From Candidatus Poribacteria bacterium (GTDB lineage Bacteria; Poribacteria; WGA-4E; PCPOR2b), in contig OZ244042.1 of NCBI GenBank assembly GCA_965215015.1, forward strand, positions 3,712,001-3,776,000: DNA of 64,000 nucleotides. The letters are read 5' to 3'. A model generated the notes under the pieces. It ran no database searches, was not told the DNA's origin, and saw nothing but the letters and a program-made list of their open reading frames with translations. The translations under genes and the position numbers were made by a program. Below are positions 52,166 through 61,150 of the stretch, in pieces. Position 1 is the first letter of the stretch. Every line of letters begins with the position of its first letter.

Positions 52166-52548
52166 GGTGGATGGCTGACTTTCATCGGTTACCGTTTCGT
52201 ATTCAGGAGACAACCCAAGCCCAACTGAGTGCGGAGGAGCCAATTAGATTGTGCACGCTTGGGAGGTCTCGCCTGCTGACCCCTGATTTTGTCGTTATCA
52301 CTTCTGAGCGGGTGTTGGTGCTGGAGGAGCGTCAGATGGGGAGTCTGAGTGCGTCCTACATCAACATTCGGTGCAACCTCTCATTTTCTCAGATTACGGC
52401 AGTCAAACTAGAGCAAAGCCTCAAACACCGTATCTTTGGGCAGGCTGCTCTTGAAATTACAGTGAACGGGGATAAGCATCTGATTAACAACATCGGCTAC
52501 CGCGATGCCAAACGCGCAATGATGTTGATTTCTGCTTGCCGTGAATGA
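52162..52548 (+). CDS. Bacterial PH-domain-like protein
   Basis: VVITSERVL...FSQITAV...GQAALEI pattern. Overlaps the pspA stop; probable start is ATG 52171. Confidence 0.65.
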   Translation: MRWMADFHRLPFRIQETTQAQLSAEEPIRLCTLGRSRLLTPDFVVITSERVLVLEERQMGSLSASYINIRCNLSFSQITAVKLEQSLKHRIFGQAALEITVNGDKHLINNIGYRDAKRAMMLISACRE

Positions 52549-52669
52549 CTTATAGAGGGCAGCAGATCTAGGGCTATTTAGTTTTCGGTTTTTTGACCGA
52601 TTTTGGCGGGTAGGCGGAAGCTTGTCTCTACATCGTAGGCGGGGTATCTTGCGCCGCTCAAGGAATTAA

Positions 52670-53374
52670 ATGACCCTAGGAGCAGATATGGGCGATTTTC
52701 TTAATTACATCCTTGTCTGGTATAATGTTTGGTTTACGGCACCGATTACGTGCGTTTTTCTCTTTGCCATCTTCCAGCTTGTTATGGGAAGTTTGGATTT
52801 TGGGGGGGGAGGCAATGGGGTAGATACCGATGTTTCCCCGGACGCAGACGTTAGTGTCGACAGCAGTTCGGGCGGGGCCAGCTTTAAGGACGGGGTATTA
52901 GGAATTTTGAACCTTGGCAAGGTGCCTTTTACGATTCTCTTGATGGCACTTTTTGCTACCTGGGGGATTTCAGGTTTGATTGTTAATGAGTTTCTGAATA
53001 TCAACGTTCACTCTCCACGATCTACGCTCTGGATTTCTGTCGGGGCTGCGTGCCTGTGTAGTATATTCGGCACCCGTTACCTCGCACTGGGGCTTTCAAA
53101 GCTGTTTCCTGAAAGTAACCGTGCCACTAACGACTCTCACCTAATCGGTTTAAGAGGTCGGGTGATTAGTGGTCGGGTCACAACTACTTTTGGTACCGCG
53201 CGTGTCCCGGTGCCGCATGGCCCCGAGTTGACGGTCAGTTGTCGTGTCCGTGAGGGGGAGGATGTTCCCTTAAAGGGGGACACGGTGATTCTCATTGATT
53301 ACGATTTGCGGGGACGGATTTTTGAGGTGACCAAGGAGGAGAGTTCACTTATTTCGTTATCAAAAATCCTTTAG
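52670..53374 (+). CDS. YqiJ/NfeD-like OB-fold membrane protein (flotillin partner)
   Basis: N-terminal TM, acidic linker, LNLGKVP, LIGLRGRV...FGTARV and KGDTVILIDY. Confidence 0.82.
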   Translation: MTLGADMGDFLNYILVWYNVWFTAPITCVFLFAIFQLVMGSLDFGGGGNGVDTDVSPDADVSVDSSSGGASFKDGVLGILNLGKVPFTILLMALFATWGISGLIVNEFLNINVHSPRSTLWISVGAACLCSIFGTRYLALGLSKLFPESNRATNDSHLIGLRGRVISGRVTTTFGTARVPVPHGPELTVSCRVREGEDVPLKGDTVILIDYDLRGRIFEVTKEESSLISLSKIL

Positions 53375-53619
53375 GGATAAACTTCATTCTCTGCCGCTCT
53401 ACCCCAAGAACCCCACCCCTGGCCCCTCCCCACAAGGAGGGAGGGGCCATTCCACAGCTTGTTTCTGAATCAGGATTCTCAAGATTAAGGGATTTTCAGG
53501 ATGGCTTGTTAGGCGGCTTGAAGGCAGATTGTTAGGGGAGGGATTAACAGCTTGTTAGGCCTCTGTTAGGTTTCACCTAACAGCCAGCTAACAGGCTTTG
53601 AATGTGATAGATCCTTCTG

Positions 53620-53927
53620 AATTAAGGGGATTTGCTGGCGGGGCCAATCTGTGGCAAGTGGTATCCCTCTAGTAGGAGGTGTTCGGCTTGTGGTTTTGTG
53701 GATGTGGGGCTGAATCCTGGGTGACAGGGCATGGCAGTGTCCAAGCCGTGATACGCAGTTGGATAGGGATCGCAACGCCGGGGTCAATGTCTTTCGGGTG
53801 GGGCTTCTATCCTCTCAGGAGAAGGGGTAAGCCCATCTTCGGCTGGCTCACTTTGACGGTTGTTAGATAGAGTGATTCCACTCCTAAAGGTAAGCATCCC
53901 AATCCTTTAGGAGTGGGAATGCGTTAA
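53620..53927 (+). mobile_element. IS200/IS605-type TnpB C-terminal remnant with right-end hairpin
   Basis: KWYPSSRRCSACG, then after a frameshift DRAWQCPSRDTQLDRDRNAGVNV (Zn-ribbon and RuvC-III DRDxNA). Followed by CCACTCCTAAAGG..CCTTTAGGAGTGGGAATGCGTTAA. Confidence 0.8.
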
Positions 53928-53929
53928 AG

Positions 53930-54072
53930 GCTCATGTCCAAAGAAAGTGCAAAACGTAAAAATCGTAAAACGTGATGTGTGGAGGGGTGATGGCAGAGGG
54001 GGGGCACGCGGAGTGTGCCTGCTACTTTAATGGACTCGCTTGGTTTCTGTTGAACGATTGCTTAATATAAGC
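53930..54072. mobile_element. MITE family 2 (inverted) carrying a REP module
   Basis: GCTCATGTCCAAAGAAAGTGCA ... TTGAACGATTGCTTAATATAAGC. Confidence 0.6.
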
Positions 54073-54118
54073 GTCGTTATAATGATTCGACGTGTATCCT
54101 TACACGAGGAGGTTGAAA

Positions 54119-56014
54119 ATGGAAGGGCTTAGCTTGGGACCTTTTTTCGGTATTATCGTCGTCATTGCAGCATTTTTTCTGATTATGTTTTTTACCTACA
54201 AAGCGTTATATAAAAAGGCACCTGCTGATGCCGCATTGGTTATTTCAGGCGGCAAAAGTAAGAGTGTTGTCTTTGGTGGTAAAATCGTTAACCCACTCAC
54301 AAAGGAAACACAACTCGTTTCGTTGAATACCATGCAGCTTTTGGTTCAACGGACTGGACCGGATGCCTTAATCACAAAGGATAGTTTGCGTGTCGATATT
54401 GAAGCCCAATTCTATGTGAAGATCGAACCTAATGAACAGGATGTCCTTAATGCCGTTGCAAGTCTTGGGGATAAAACGCTAGAGCCAGACAATGTGAAAT
54501 CATTGCTCGAAGGAAAACTGGTTGGGATACTACGAAGTGTGGCAGCAACAATGGAGCTTCAAGAACTCCATGAAAAGCGTCAAGATTTTTCGGATCAGGT
54601 TCGGGAAAGCTGCAAAGATGACCTTGAACAGAATGGGTTTCAGCTCGAAAGTGTCGCAGTAACCAACCTCGATCAGACCCCGCTTGACCAACTCGATGAA
54701 AACAACCGTTTTGATGTAGTTGCCATCCAAACTATCAATCAAGAGGTTCAAGAGCGGCAAACGCGGACTGAACGCATTAAGCATGAGAACAGGGTCAAAC
54801 AGGAGGAGGATAAGCTGAAAGCGGACCTGGCGATCAAGCAGCAGGAGGAAGCCACGCAGACAGAGAGCCTCGAGGTCGAAAAACGACTGGCATTTGCCCA
54901 AGAGATGCAGCGCAAAGAGGTTGCGACCAATAAAGCGGAACAAGAACGGGTCGTCAAAGAGGCAGAGCTTCGGCAACAACAAGCCCTTGAGGAGGCGCGT
55001 ATCCGTCAGGAAGAAGCGGTAGAATCTTCGCAGATTCAGCAGAAGCAGCGGATTGAAACCGCTCGAATTGATCAGGAACAGCAGGTCCAAGAAGCGGGGA
55101 TTGAACAGAAAAGAGCTTTAGAGACAGCGCGTGTGTCTCAGGAGCAAGAAGTCCAATCTATTGAAATTGAGCGAGACCAAGCAATTGAACAAGCCCGAAT
55201 TGAGCAGGAGCGCACGGTTGAAGAGTCGCGTGTCCGTCAACAACAGGCAATTGAGGAAGCCAATATCGTCAGACGGATCGCGCTTATCGAGAGAAATCGA
55301 GAAGAAAAAGAGACTGAAGCCTCCAGCGAAATTCAGATTGCGTTGAAGGAGAAGGAACGCGAACTTGCTGCTACAGATCGGTTGACTGCAACCGCTGAGC
55401 GCACTAAATCTGAAGCCCAAGTCTTGACGGTGGAAGCGATTGAGGAGGCGGAGCGTAATAGCCGAATCGCGTTAATCAGGGCCGAACAGGAGGCGGATGA
55501 AGAGCGCATTTCAAAAGAGCGGTTGGCAAATGCTGAAGCCTACACTGTTATAGAAGCGGCGAAAGCGGATCGAGAGGCCGCCACTCTCAGAGCGGCAGCG
55601 CAGAAAATCCTCGCTGAGGCGATTCTGGTGGAAGCGAAAGCGAAGGCGGAAGGGGAAGAGGCACTTATTGAAGCGAAGAACACGGCGGATCAGCGGATTC
55701 TGAATAACGAGGCACTGTTGAAACTGATCCAATCCCTGCCCGAGGTCACAGGTCAATTGATGAAGCCTGCGGAACAGATTGAAAGCATCCGCATCCTTGA
55801 TCTTGGCGGAAACGGAGCTCCGGGTGGGAACACGGGTAAGATTTTCGGATCTATCTTGCAGGCTGGTGCAGCATTACCAATGCTGAAGGAGGTTCTGAAT
55901 TTTGGGGGGATTGACGCGCAGAATCTCGCTGAAACTATAAGCCAATATGTTCCTGGCTTGGATCTTGCTGCTAAAACGGAGTCCCCGGAATCAACTGACC
56001 AAGATTCGACATAA
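54119..56014 (+). CDS. Flotillin/SPFH-domain protein (YqiK-like)
   Basis: N-terminal TM, LITKDSLRVDIEAQFYVK, EGKLVGILRSVAA, a long coiled coil and LMKPAEQIESIRIL. GAGGAGG RBS. Confidence 0.92.
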   Translation: MEGLSLGPFFGIIVVIAAFFLIMFFTYKALYKKAPADAALVISGGKSKSVVFGGKIVNPLTKETQLVSLNTMQLLVQRTGPDALITKDSLRVDIEAQFYVKIEPNEQDVLNAVASLGDKTLEPDNVKSLLEGKLVGILRSVAATMELQELHEKRQDFSDQVRESCKDDLEQNGFQLESVAVTNLDQTPLDQLDENNRFDVVAIQTINQEVQERQTRTERIKHENRVKQEEDKLKADLAIKQQEEATQTESLEVEKRLAFAQEMQRKEVATNKAEQERVVKEAELRQQQALEEARIRQEEAVESSQIQQKQRIETARIDQEQQVQEAGIEQKRALETARVSQEQEVQSIEIERDQAIEQARIEQERTVEESRVRQQQAIEEANIVRRIALIERNREEKETEASSEIQIALKEKERELAATDRLTATAERTKSEAQVLTVEAIEEAERNSRIALIRAEQEADEERISKERLANAEAYTVIEAAKADREAATLRAAAQKILAEAILVEAKAKAEGEEALIEAKNTADQRILNNEALLKLIQSLPEVTGQLMKPAEQIESIRILDLGGNGAPGGNTGKIFGSILQAGAALPMLKEVLNFGGIDAQNLAETISQYVPGLDLAAKTESPESTDQDST

Positions 56015-56385
56015 GGACTGAGCGTGAGGCCGACAGGAGGAAGTTGACAATTGTCTGAATCCGGATTTTCAGGATTCAAGGATTTTCAGGATATACCTCA
56101 ACGCTACAATCCTGACGCTTGTTAGCGGATTGGTAGGCAGATTGTTAGGGGAACCCTGACAATCGCCTAACAGAGAGCTAACAATCCACGCGCAATGAAT
56201 TGCGCGGCTACGAACTGAATTTACGCACTTCATTCCCCCCTGCTGGGACTGAGGGGGGACGGCACGCGGGGTGTGCCTACTATTTTAATGAATGAGTGAG
56301 CTAATCAATTCAATCGGTTTCCGTTGCACGATTGCTTAACATGAGCGGAATCGGTATAACAAGCAATTTGGAATTGTCGATGACG

Positions 56386-56410
56386 GGATAAATGGCAACA
56401 TTCTTGTAAC
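56386..56410 (+). promoter_or_regulatory. Second copy of the sigma54-like motif
   Basis: GGATAAATGGCAACATTCTTGTAAC upstream of the DUF151 gene. Confidence 0.55.
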
Positions 56411-56452
56411 ATTCCTTACACCATCGGCGGCTCCAATTAAAACTTCAAATTA

Positions 56453-57004
56453 GTGATGAAGGAGTCTACCATGAAAGAAAAAGCCAATGAACATCTCCAA
56501 ATGGATGGAAAGAACATGATCGCGGTTGAAGTGGCGTTTATTTCTATTGATGCGAGTAGTGGTGCACCTATCCTCTTTTTGAGGGAGCTGGAAGGCGATC
56601 CGAGATTGGTGCTGCCGATATGGATTGGACAGGGAGAGGCACTCTCGATTCAGTTTCAGCTCAAAGGTGAACATCCGCTACGTCCGATGACGCATGACCT
56701 CATGAAAAACATCATCGAAAGGCTTGGTGTAACGGTTGATGCGGTCTACGTACATACCATGAAGGACTCAACTTATTTTGGGCAGATCAATGTGGTTGCC
56801 AACGGCAAAACAGTGGAGATTGATGCCCGTCCGAGTGATTCGATTGCGCTCGCCTTGAGATTGAGGGCACCCATCTATGTGGCGGAATCGATTGTTCAAG
56901 AAATCGGTTTCCCTGAGACGGAGTTGAGAGAGGCCGAGCGGCAGCAGTCGAGAGAGGAGTTAGAGCATTTAGATGATGAAACACTGGGAAGGTATACTGT
57001 ATGA
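56453..57004 (+). CDS. Bifunctional nuclease family (DUF151) protein
   Basis: LPIWIGQGEA, RPMTHDL and IDARPSDSIALALR motifs. Confidence 0.92.
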   Translation: MMKESTMKEKANEHLQMDGKNMIAVEVAFISIDASSGAPILFLRELEGDPRLVLPIWIGQGEALSIQFQLKGEHPLRPMTHDLMKNIIERLGVTVDAVYVHTMKDSTYFGQINVVANGKTVEIDARPSDSIALALRLRAPIYVAESIVQEIGFPETELREAERQQSREELEHLDDETLGRYTV

Positions 57005-57351
57005 ACCAATGGTGCGAGTTTGCAACTGTAATACACTCTCTGATGATGCGTGAAACGTGAAGACAATTTGTTCATTAGTTGATTGGTTCATTAATGAACA
57101 CCCCAATGTAGGTCGAGGTTCATATCTCAACACCCCAATGTTCATAGTGTCAATTTTGAGAGATCGGCTTCATCGGGTGGCGACAGTTAGCGATTTATGG
57201 TCTATCGTGACGCGGAAGGATTTATAACATTCATGTTTCCAATGTGAATGAAGATTGTTAGGGGAGGGCATTCGCCGCGCAATGAATTGCGCGACTACGA
57301 ACTTAAGTGCGTAGTGCCTAAATCACTGATAGAGTAAGGGAGTGATCACCA

Positions 57352-58011
57352 ATGCCGATCTTTGAGAAAATCAGGCGGCTATTCAATTCAAATATAAATG
57401 ACCTCCTCGATCGGGTTGAAGATCCGGAAAAGATTTTGAATCAACTCTTGGAGGATATGCAGCACGAGCTCAAAGAGGTAAAGATTCAAGTTGCTGCGGC
57501 GATTCGGGATGGCAACAAGTTTGAAGCGCAGTATAAGGAGAACTTGGAGAGTGCCGAGAAGTGGGAGAAGCGTGCCATTATGTTCATCCGAAACGGCGAT
57601 GATGCTCGCGCCAAAGAAGCTCTTCGCCGCAAACGGTCTTTCGGCGAGTTGGCAGAGAGTTTTCGTGAGCAATTTGAGGCGCAGCAAGATAGTGTCGCTG
57701 TACTTAAAGATGGGCTGGCAACCTTAGAACAAAAAATTGCAGAGGCAAAGAACAAACGGGCGCTGCTGATTGCTCGCCAAAGACGAGCAGAGGCGGAACG
57801 GAGCATCCATCAAACGATGTCGGGTATTTCCGATTCCAGTGCGTTGAGTGCTTTTGATCGCATCCAGAACCGAGTCCTTGATACAGAAGCGGAGGCGGAA
57901 GCCCTCAGCGAAATGCGTCAACCTAGTTTGGAAGATGAGTTGAACGCGCTCGACCAGAAAGACGAAATTGATGATGAGCTTGCCAAACTCAAAGCCCGCC
58001 TAAAAGACTAG
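57352..58011 (+). CDS. pspA: PspA/IM30 family protein
   Basis: NINDLLDRVEDPEKIL, WEKRA...AKEAL, AFDRI...EAEAEA and DDELAKLKA motifs. Confidence 0.92.
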   Translation: MPIFEKIRRLFNSNINDLLDRVEDPEKILNQLLEDMQHELKEVKIQVAAAIRDGNKFEAQYKENLESAEKWEKRAIMFIRNGDDARAKEALRRKRSFGELAESFREQFEAQQDSVAVLKDGLATLEQKIAEAKNKRALLIARQRRAEAERSIHQTMSGISDSSALSAFDRIQNRVLDTEAEAEALSEMRQPSLEDELNALDQKDEIDDELAKLKARLKD

Positions 58012-58124
58012 TGGTACTGGAATAGAAGCCGAGTTTTTCCGAAAGAACTCCGAAAGAGCTCGGTTTCTGTTCGTGCTTTGCACTTTCTGTTTATAAGAGT
58101 CGAATTGGAAAGGAGTTATATCTG

Positions 58125-58298
58125 ATGGGATTACTGAAAAACCTTGCTATCCTTGTGTTGATATTTTTACTGATTTTGATTGCATTTCGGCTTGTTTTGC
58201 CTGTTATCGCTTGGGCGTTTGAGCTCGCTTTTACCCTCATCGTGCTCGGTGCGATTGGTTTTGCAATCGTCTATCTCTGCTGCAAGCTTCGCACATAA
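58125..58298 (+). CDS. Small two-TM membrane protein (57 aa), below the ORF-track cutoff
   Basis: AAGGAG RBS; MGLLKNLAILVLIFLLILIAFRLVLPVIAWAFELAFTLIVLGAIGFAIVYLCCKLRT. Confidence 0.75.
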   Translation: MGLLKNLAILVLIFLLILIAFRLVLPVIAWAFELAFTLIVLGAIGFAIVYLCCKLRT

Positions 58299-58784
58299 CC
58301 TTCGCGATATTCACCTTGGCCATACCCCGATTGAACCAACCACACAAAGCCGGGAGCGAGTATACTTGCTCACCCGGCTTTTTGCATTTAGGCTGCTTAT
58401 TGTATTAGGGGAATTGCATCTGTTATAGGAATTACGTAGCGGGGATCATAGGAAACCTGTGGCTCCTAGTCCATTTCCATTGTCCTATGCCAAAGTCATA
58501 TACACTCACTATTTACATGTGATTGCCCTGGCTTATTGTTTGATGTACTCCTACCCCTAAGGGCTTGGGATTCTGGGATTGCTAGCGGCTTTCCCTAGTA
58601 ATCTTCTTTCAGGTTCTCGACTTGAAGGTTATAAATCCTTAAGAACCCCACCCCAAGCCCCCCTAACCCCCAAGATCTTCAACCTTCTGGTTTCAAACAG
58701 AAGGTTATAGATCCTCCGCAAGCAGGGGAATTTGCTGGTGGAGGGGAATGGGTTTTACCTCTAAAGGATTTTTGATAATTAGGC

Positions 58785-58814
58785 TTGACATGGTTTAAAA
58801 TAAACTGTTATCAT
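58785..58814 (+). promoter_or_regulatory. Putative sigma70 promoter
   Basis: TTGACA-N18-TATCAT with a TG extension, upstream of the S55 gene. Confidence 0.55.
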
Positions 58815-58872
58815 AAGCCTGATTTTGGGAACGAAAGATTGGATTTCTATTATACGCCAAGTAAAAACTAAG

Positions 58873-58962
58873 GCTGATGTTAAGAAATCGTGCAACAGAC
58901 CCTGAGTTTTCAACAAAAAACTCGATGTCTCTTCGTGCCATGCACTTTCTTTTAACATGAGC
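58873..58962. mobile_element. 90-bp MITE, family 2
   Basis: GCTGATGTTAA ... TTAACATGAGC terminal inverted repeats. Confidence 0.7.
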
Positions 58963-58983
58963 GAAAATTCAATGAGGTGAGTT

Positions 58984-60837
58984 TTGAAAAAGAACTGTTT
59001 TGTATTGATGATAAGCCTCTTCTGCTTGATTGCTCTTCAAGTGGGCGCACAAATTAAATGGGATTCATCGAAATTTATGCGGTTAGCAGAGATTGCGCCC
59101 GGCATGAAAGGGGAGGGATATACCGTCTTTTCTGGCACAACCGTTGAAAAGTTCAACTTTGAGGTGGTCAGCATTGAGTACAATTACTATCCCAATTGGC
59201 ACGTGATATGGGTCAAAGGTAGTGGCGAGAACTTTGAAAAGACGGGTGTCGCCGGCGGTATGAGTGGGAGTCCGATGTATATTAACGGACAGCTCATTGG
59301 CGCGATTTCTCTCGGCTACTTTTATCAGCGTGAACATGCAAACCTCATGGGCGTAACACCCATTGAGTTGATGATTGAAGTGACACAGCGGGGGATGCAG
59401 CCCAATTTGAGCTATCGGGGTGGGACGCGCCTTAACTTTGGGACAGACACGGTTTTAAGTGGCCTGGAAATGTTGCCCCTGATGCCTGATAGGAAACATA
59501 GGCCTGAAGCCCGGATGGAGATGTCCCCGGCTCCCAATCCATTGGAGCGGGCACCCCGTCTTCAGATGCCTGTTGCATTCTCAGGGTTACCGACGGGTGC
59601 GATTGGATTTTTCAAGCAGTTTTTTGACAAATATCATCTCAGTCCGATACAGGGTACGGGCGGTGGTTCACCCGTTGAAAGTGCGCCGATTGAGCCGGGA
59701 CAGATTGTAGGTATTGAGTTGGTCCGAGGGGCTTTCACTGCCTTCGGATACGGTACCATGACCTATATTGAGGGGGATCAACTCTTGGGCTTTGGTCATT
59801 CAATGTTTGGGGAGGGCAATGTCAATCTGCCGCTTTCCGGCGGGCATGTCCACTTCATTTTACCCAGTACGCTCAGATCATCCAAAATTGCTTCTCCAAC
59901 CCAGCCGATTGGCACACTCGTCCAGGACCGTCAGGCGGGCATTGCTGGTTTGATTGGCTCCCATCCCAGTTTTATTCCAGTGAATGCGACCATCCAGACA
60001 ATGGATGGGAAGGTCCACCCCACGCGCTATGAGGTCATCCGCCATCGAGATTTTTCGACGCTGTACACCCTCATCCCTCTTTGGTTCATCATTGATGGTA
60101 TAGAAATCTACAGCGGTGACCACTCTGTCGACGTTGATGCAAAAATTCTGTTGAAGGAGCATCCGAATCTGGCCTCCCGCGAAATTGTTCGGAGAAATGT
60201 GTACTCCTCCAGCGGCTCACCGGGCTTTCAAGCGACCCGGGCACTGACGCCGCTGTTTAGCTTAATTGGCAACCGATATACAAAGGTTGATGTGGAACGC
60301 ATAGACCTCGATATTAAAATGGGGGACAAACGAAAAACGGCGGTCATTGAAGCGGTACGGATCGACAGAGATCGGTATAAGCCCGGGGCAACAATTGAAG
60401 TGACCATGCGTCTGCGTCCCTACCTCGAAGCACCGATTATCCAGACTGGTTCAATTACCGTCCCCAAGGATGCCCCTGAAGGTTTAACTACCCTTCTCGC
60501 TATCAGTCCGTCTTTATATGAAGGTTGGCAGCGGACGCGGGCTCCCTTGAACTACCAGCCGACAAACATCAACCAATTAATTAAACTGTTGCAGCGTGAG
60601 GAAAACAACAGTGACATTATCTTGGAGCTGTTTGTGCCCAAGGTCGGTATGACCGTTCAGGGGGAGGAGTTTCCCGAGCTGCCGGTATCGATGCTCTCCG
60701 TGATGGGTGTAGCGACGCAATCTGGCGAAGGGGGACCGACTCGCGGCACGACGCTGCATTTTGAAAGGGTTACTACACCCTATGTGGTTTCCGGCAGTCG
60801 ATTTTTGCGGTTTACGGTTGACCGCAATGCGCCGTAA
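58984..60837 (+). CDS. SpoIVB-like peptidase S55 domain protein, secreted
   Basis: Signal peptide, GMKGEGYTVF, GVAGGMSGSPMY and GTMTY...GFGH motifs. Confidence 0.88.
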   Translation: MKKNCFVLMISLFCLIALQVGAQIKWDSSKFMRLAEIAPGMKGEGYTVFSGTTVEKFNFEVVSIEYNYYPNWHVIWVKGSGENFEKTGVAGGMSGSPMYINGQLIGAISLGYFYQREHANLMGVTPIELMIEVTQRGMQPNLSYRGGTRLNFGTDTVLSGLEMLPLMPDRKHRPEARMEMSPAPNPLERAPRLQMPVAFSGLPTGAIGFFKQFFDKYHLSPIQGTGGGSPVESAPIEPGQIVGIELVRGAFTAFGYGTMTYIEGDQLLGFGHSMFGEGNVNLPLSGGHVHFILPSTLRSSKIASPTQPIGTLVQDRQAGIAGLIGSHPSFIPVNATIQTMDGKVHPTRYEVIRHRDFSTLYTLIPLWFIIDGIEIYSGDHSVDVDAKILLKEHPNLASREIVRRNVYSSSGSPGFQATRALTPLFSLIGNRYTKVDVERIDLDIKMGDKRKTAVIEAVRIDRDRYKPGATIEVTMRLRPYLEAPIIQTGSITVPKDAPEGLTTLLAISPSLYEGWQRTRAPLNYQPTNINQLIKLLQREENNSDIILELFVPKVGMTVQGEEFPELPVSMLSVMGVATQSGEGGPTRGTTLHFERVTTPYVVSGSRFLRFTVDRNAP

Positions 60838-61150
60838 TTTTTCAAGATTAGCGGGTCCTGTTGAAGCGTTATTGGTGTATGGGTTGATTGAGGGGTGCTC
60901 ATAAGTATTGTCTGAATTATGGATTAAACTGGTGGCGCAGAAAACACGGATATGGATAGTGTTCTCAGGCGGGAGATGGGGCAGGATGTCCCACCTACGG
61001 GTTTGGGGATATTTTGTTTTTCCCCATTCGGGGTGCGAGTTTCATGGCAGTGGCGTGTTAGTCAATCCGTATGCGTTAACGATTGTGGGGTTTAGGGCAC
61101 GCGGAGCGTGCTTACTACTTTAATGAACTAACTTAACGGAGGATTTCTTC

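Noticed and set aside
52802-52809. Phase-variable G8 tract in the yqiJ-like gene
   Set aside because: The tract is in frame and encodes a Gly linker. There is no evidence of slippage from a single sequence.
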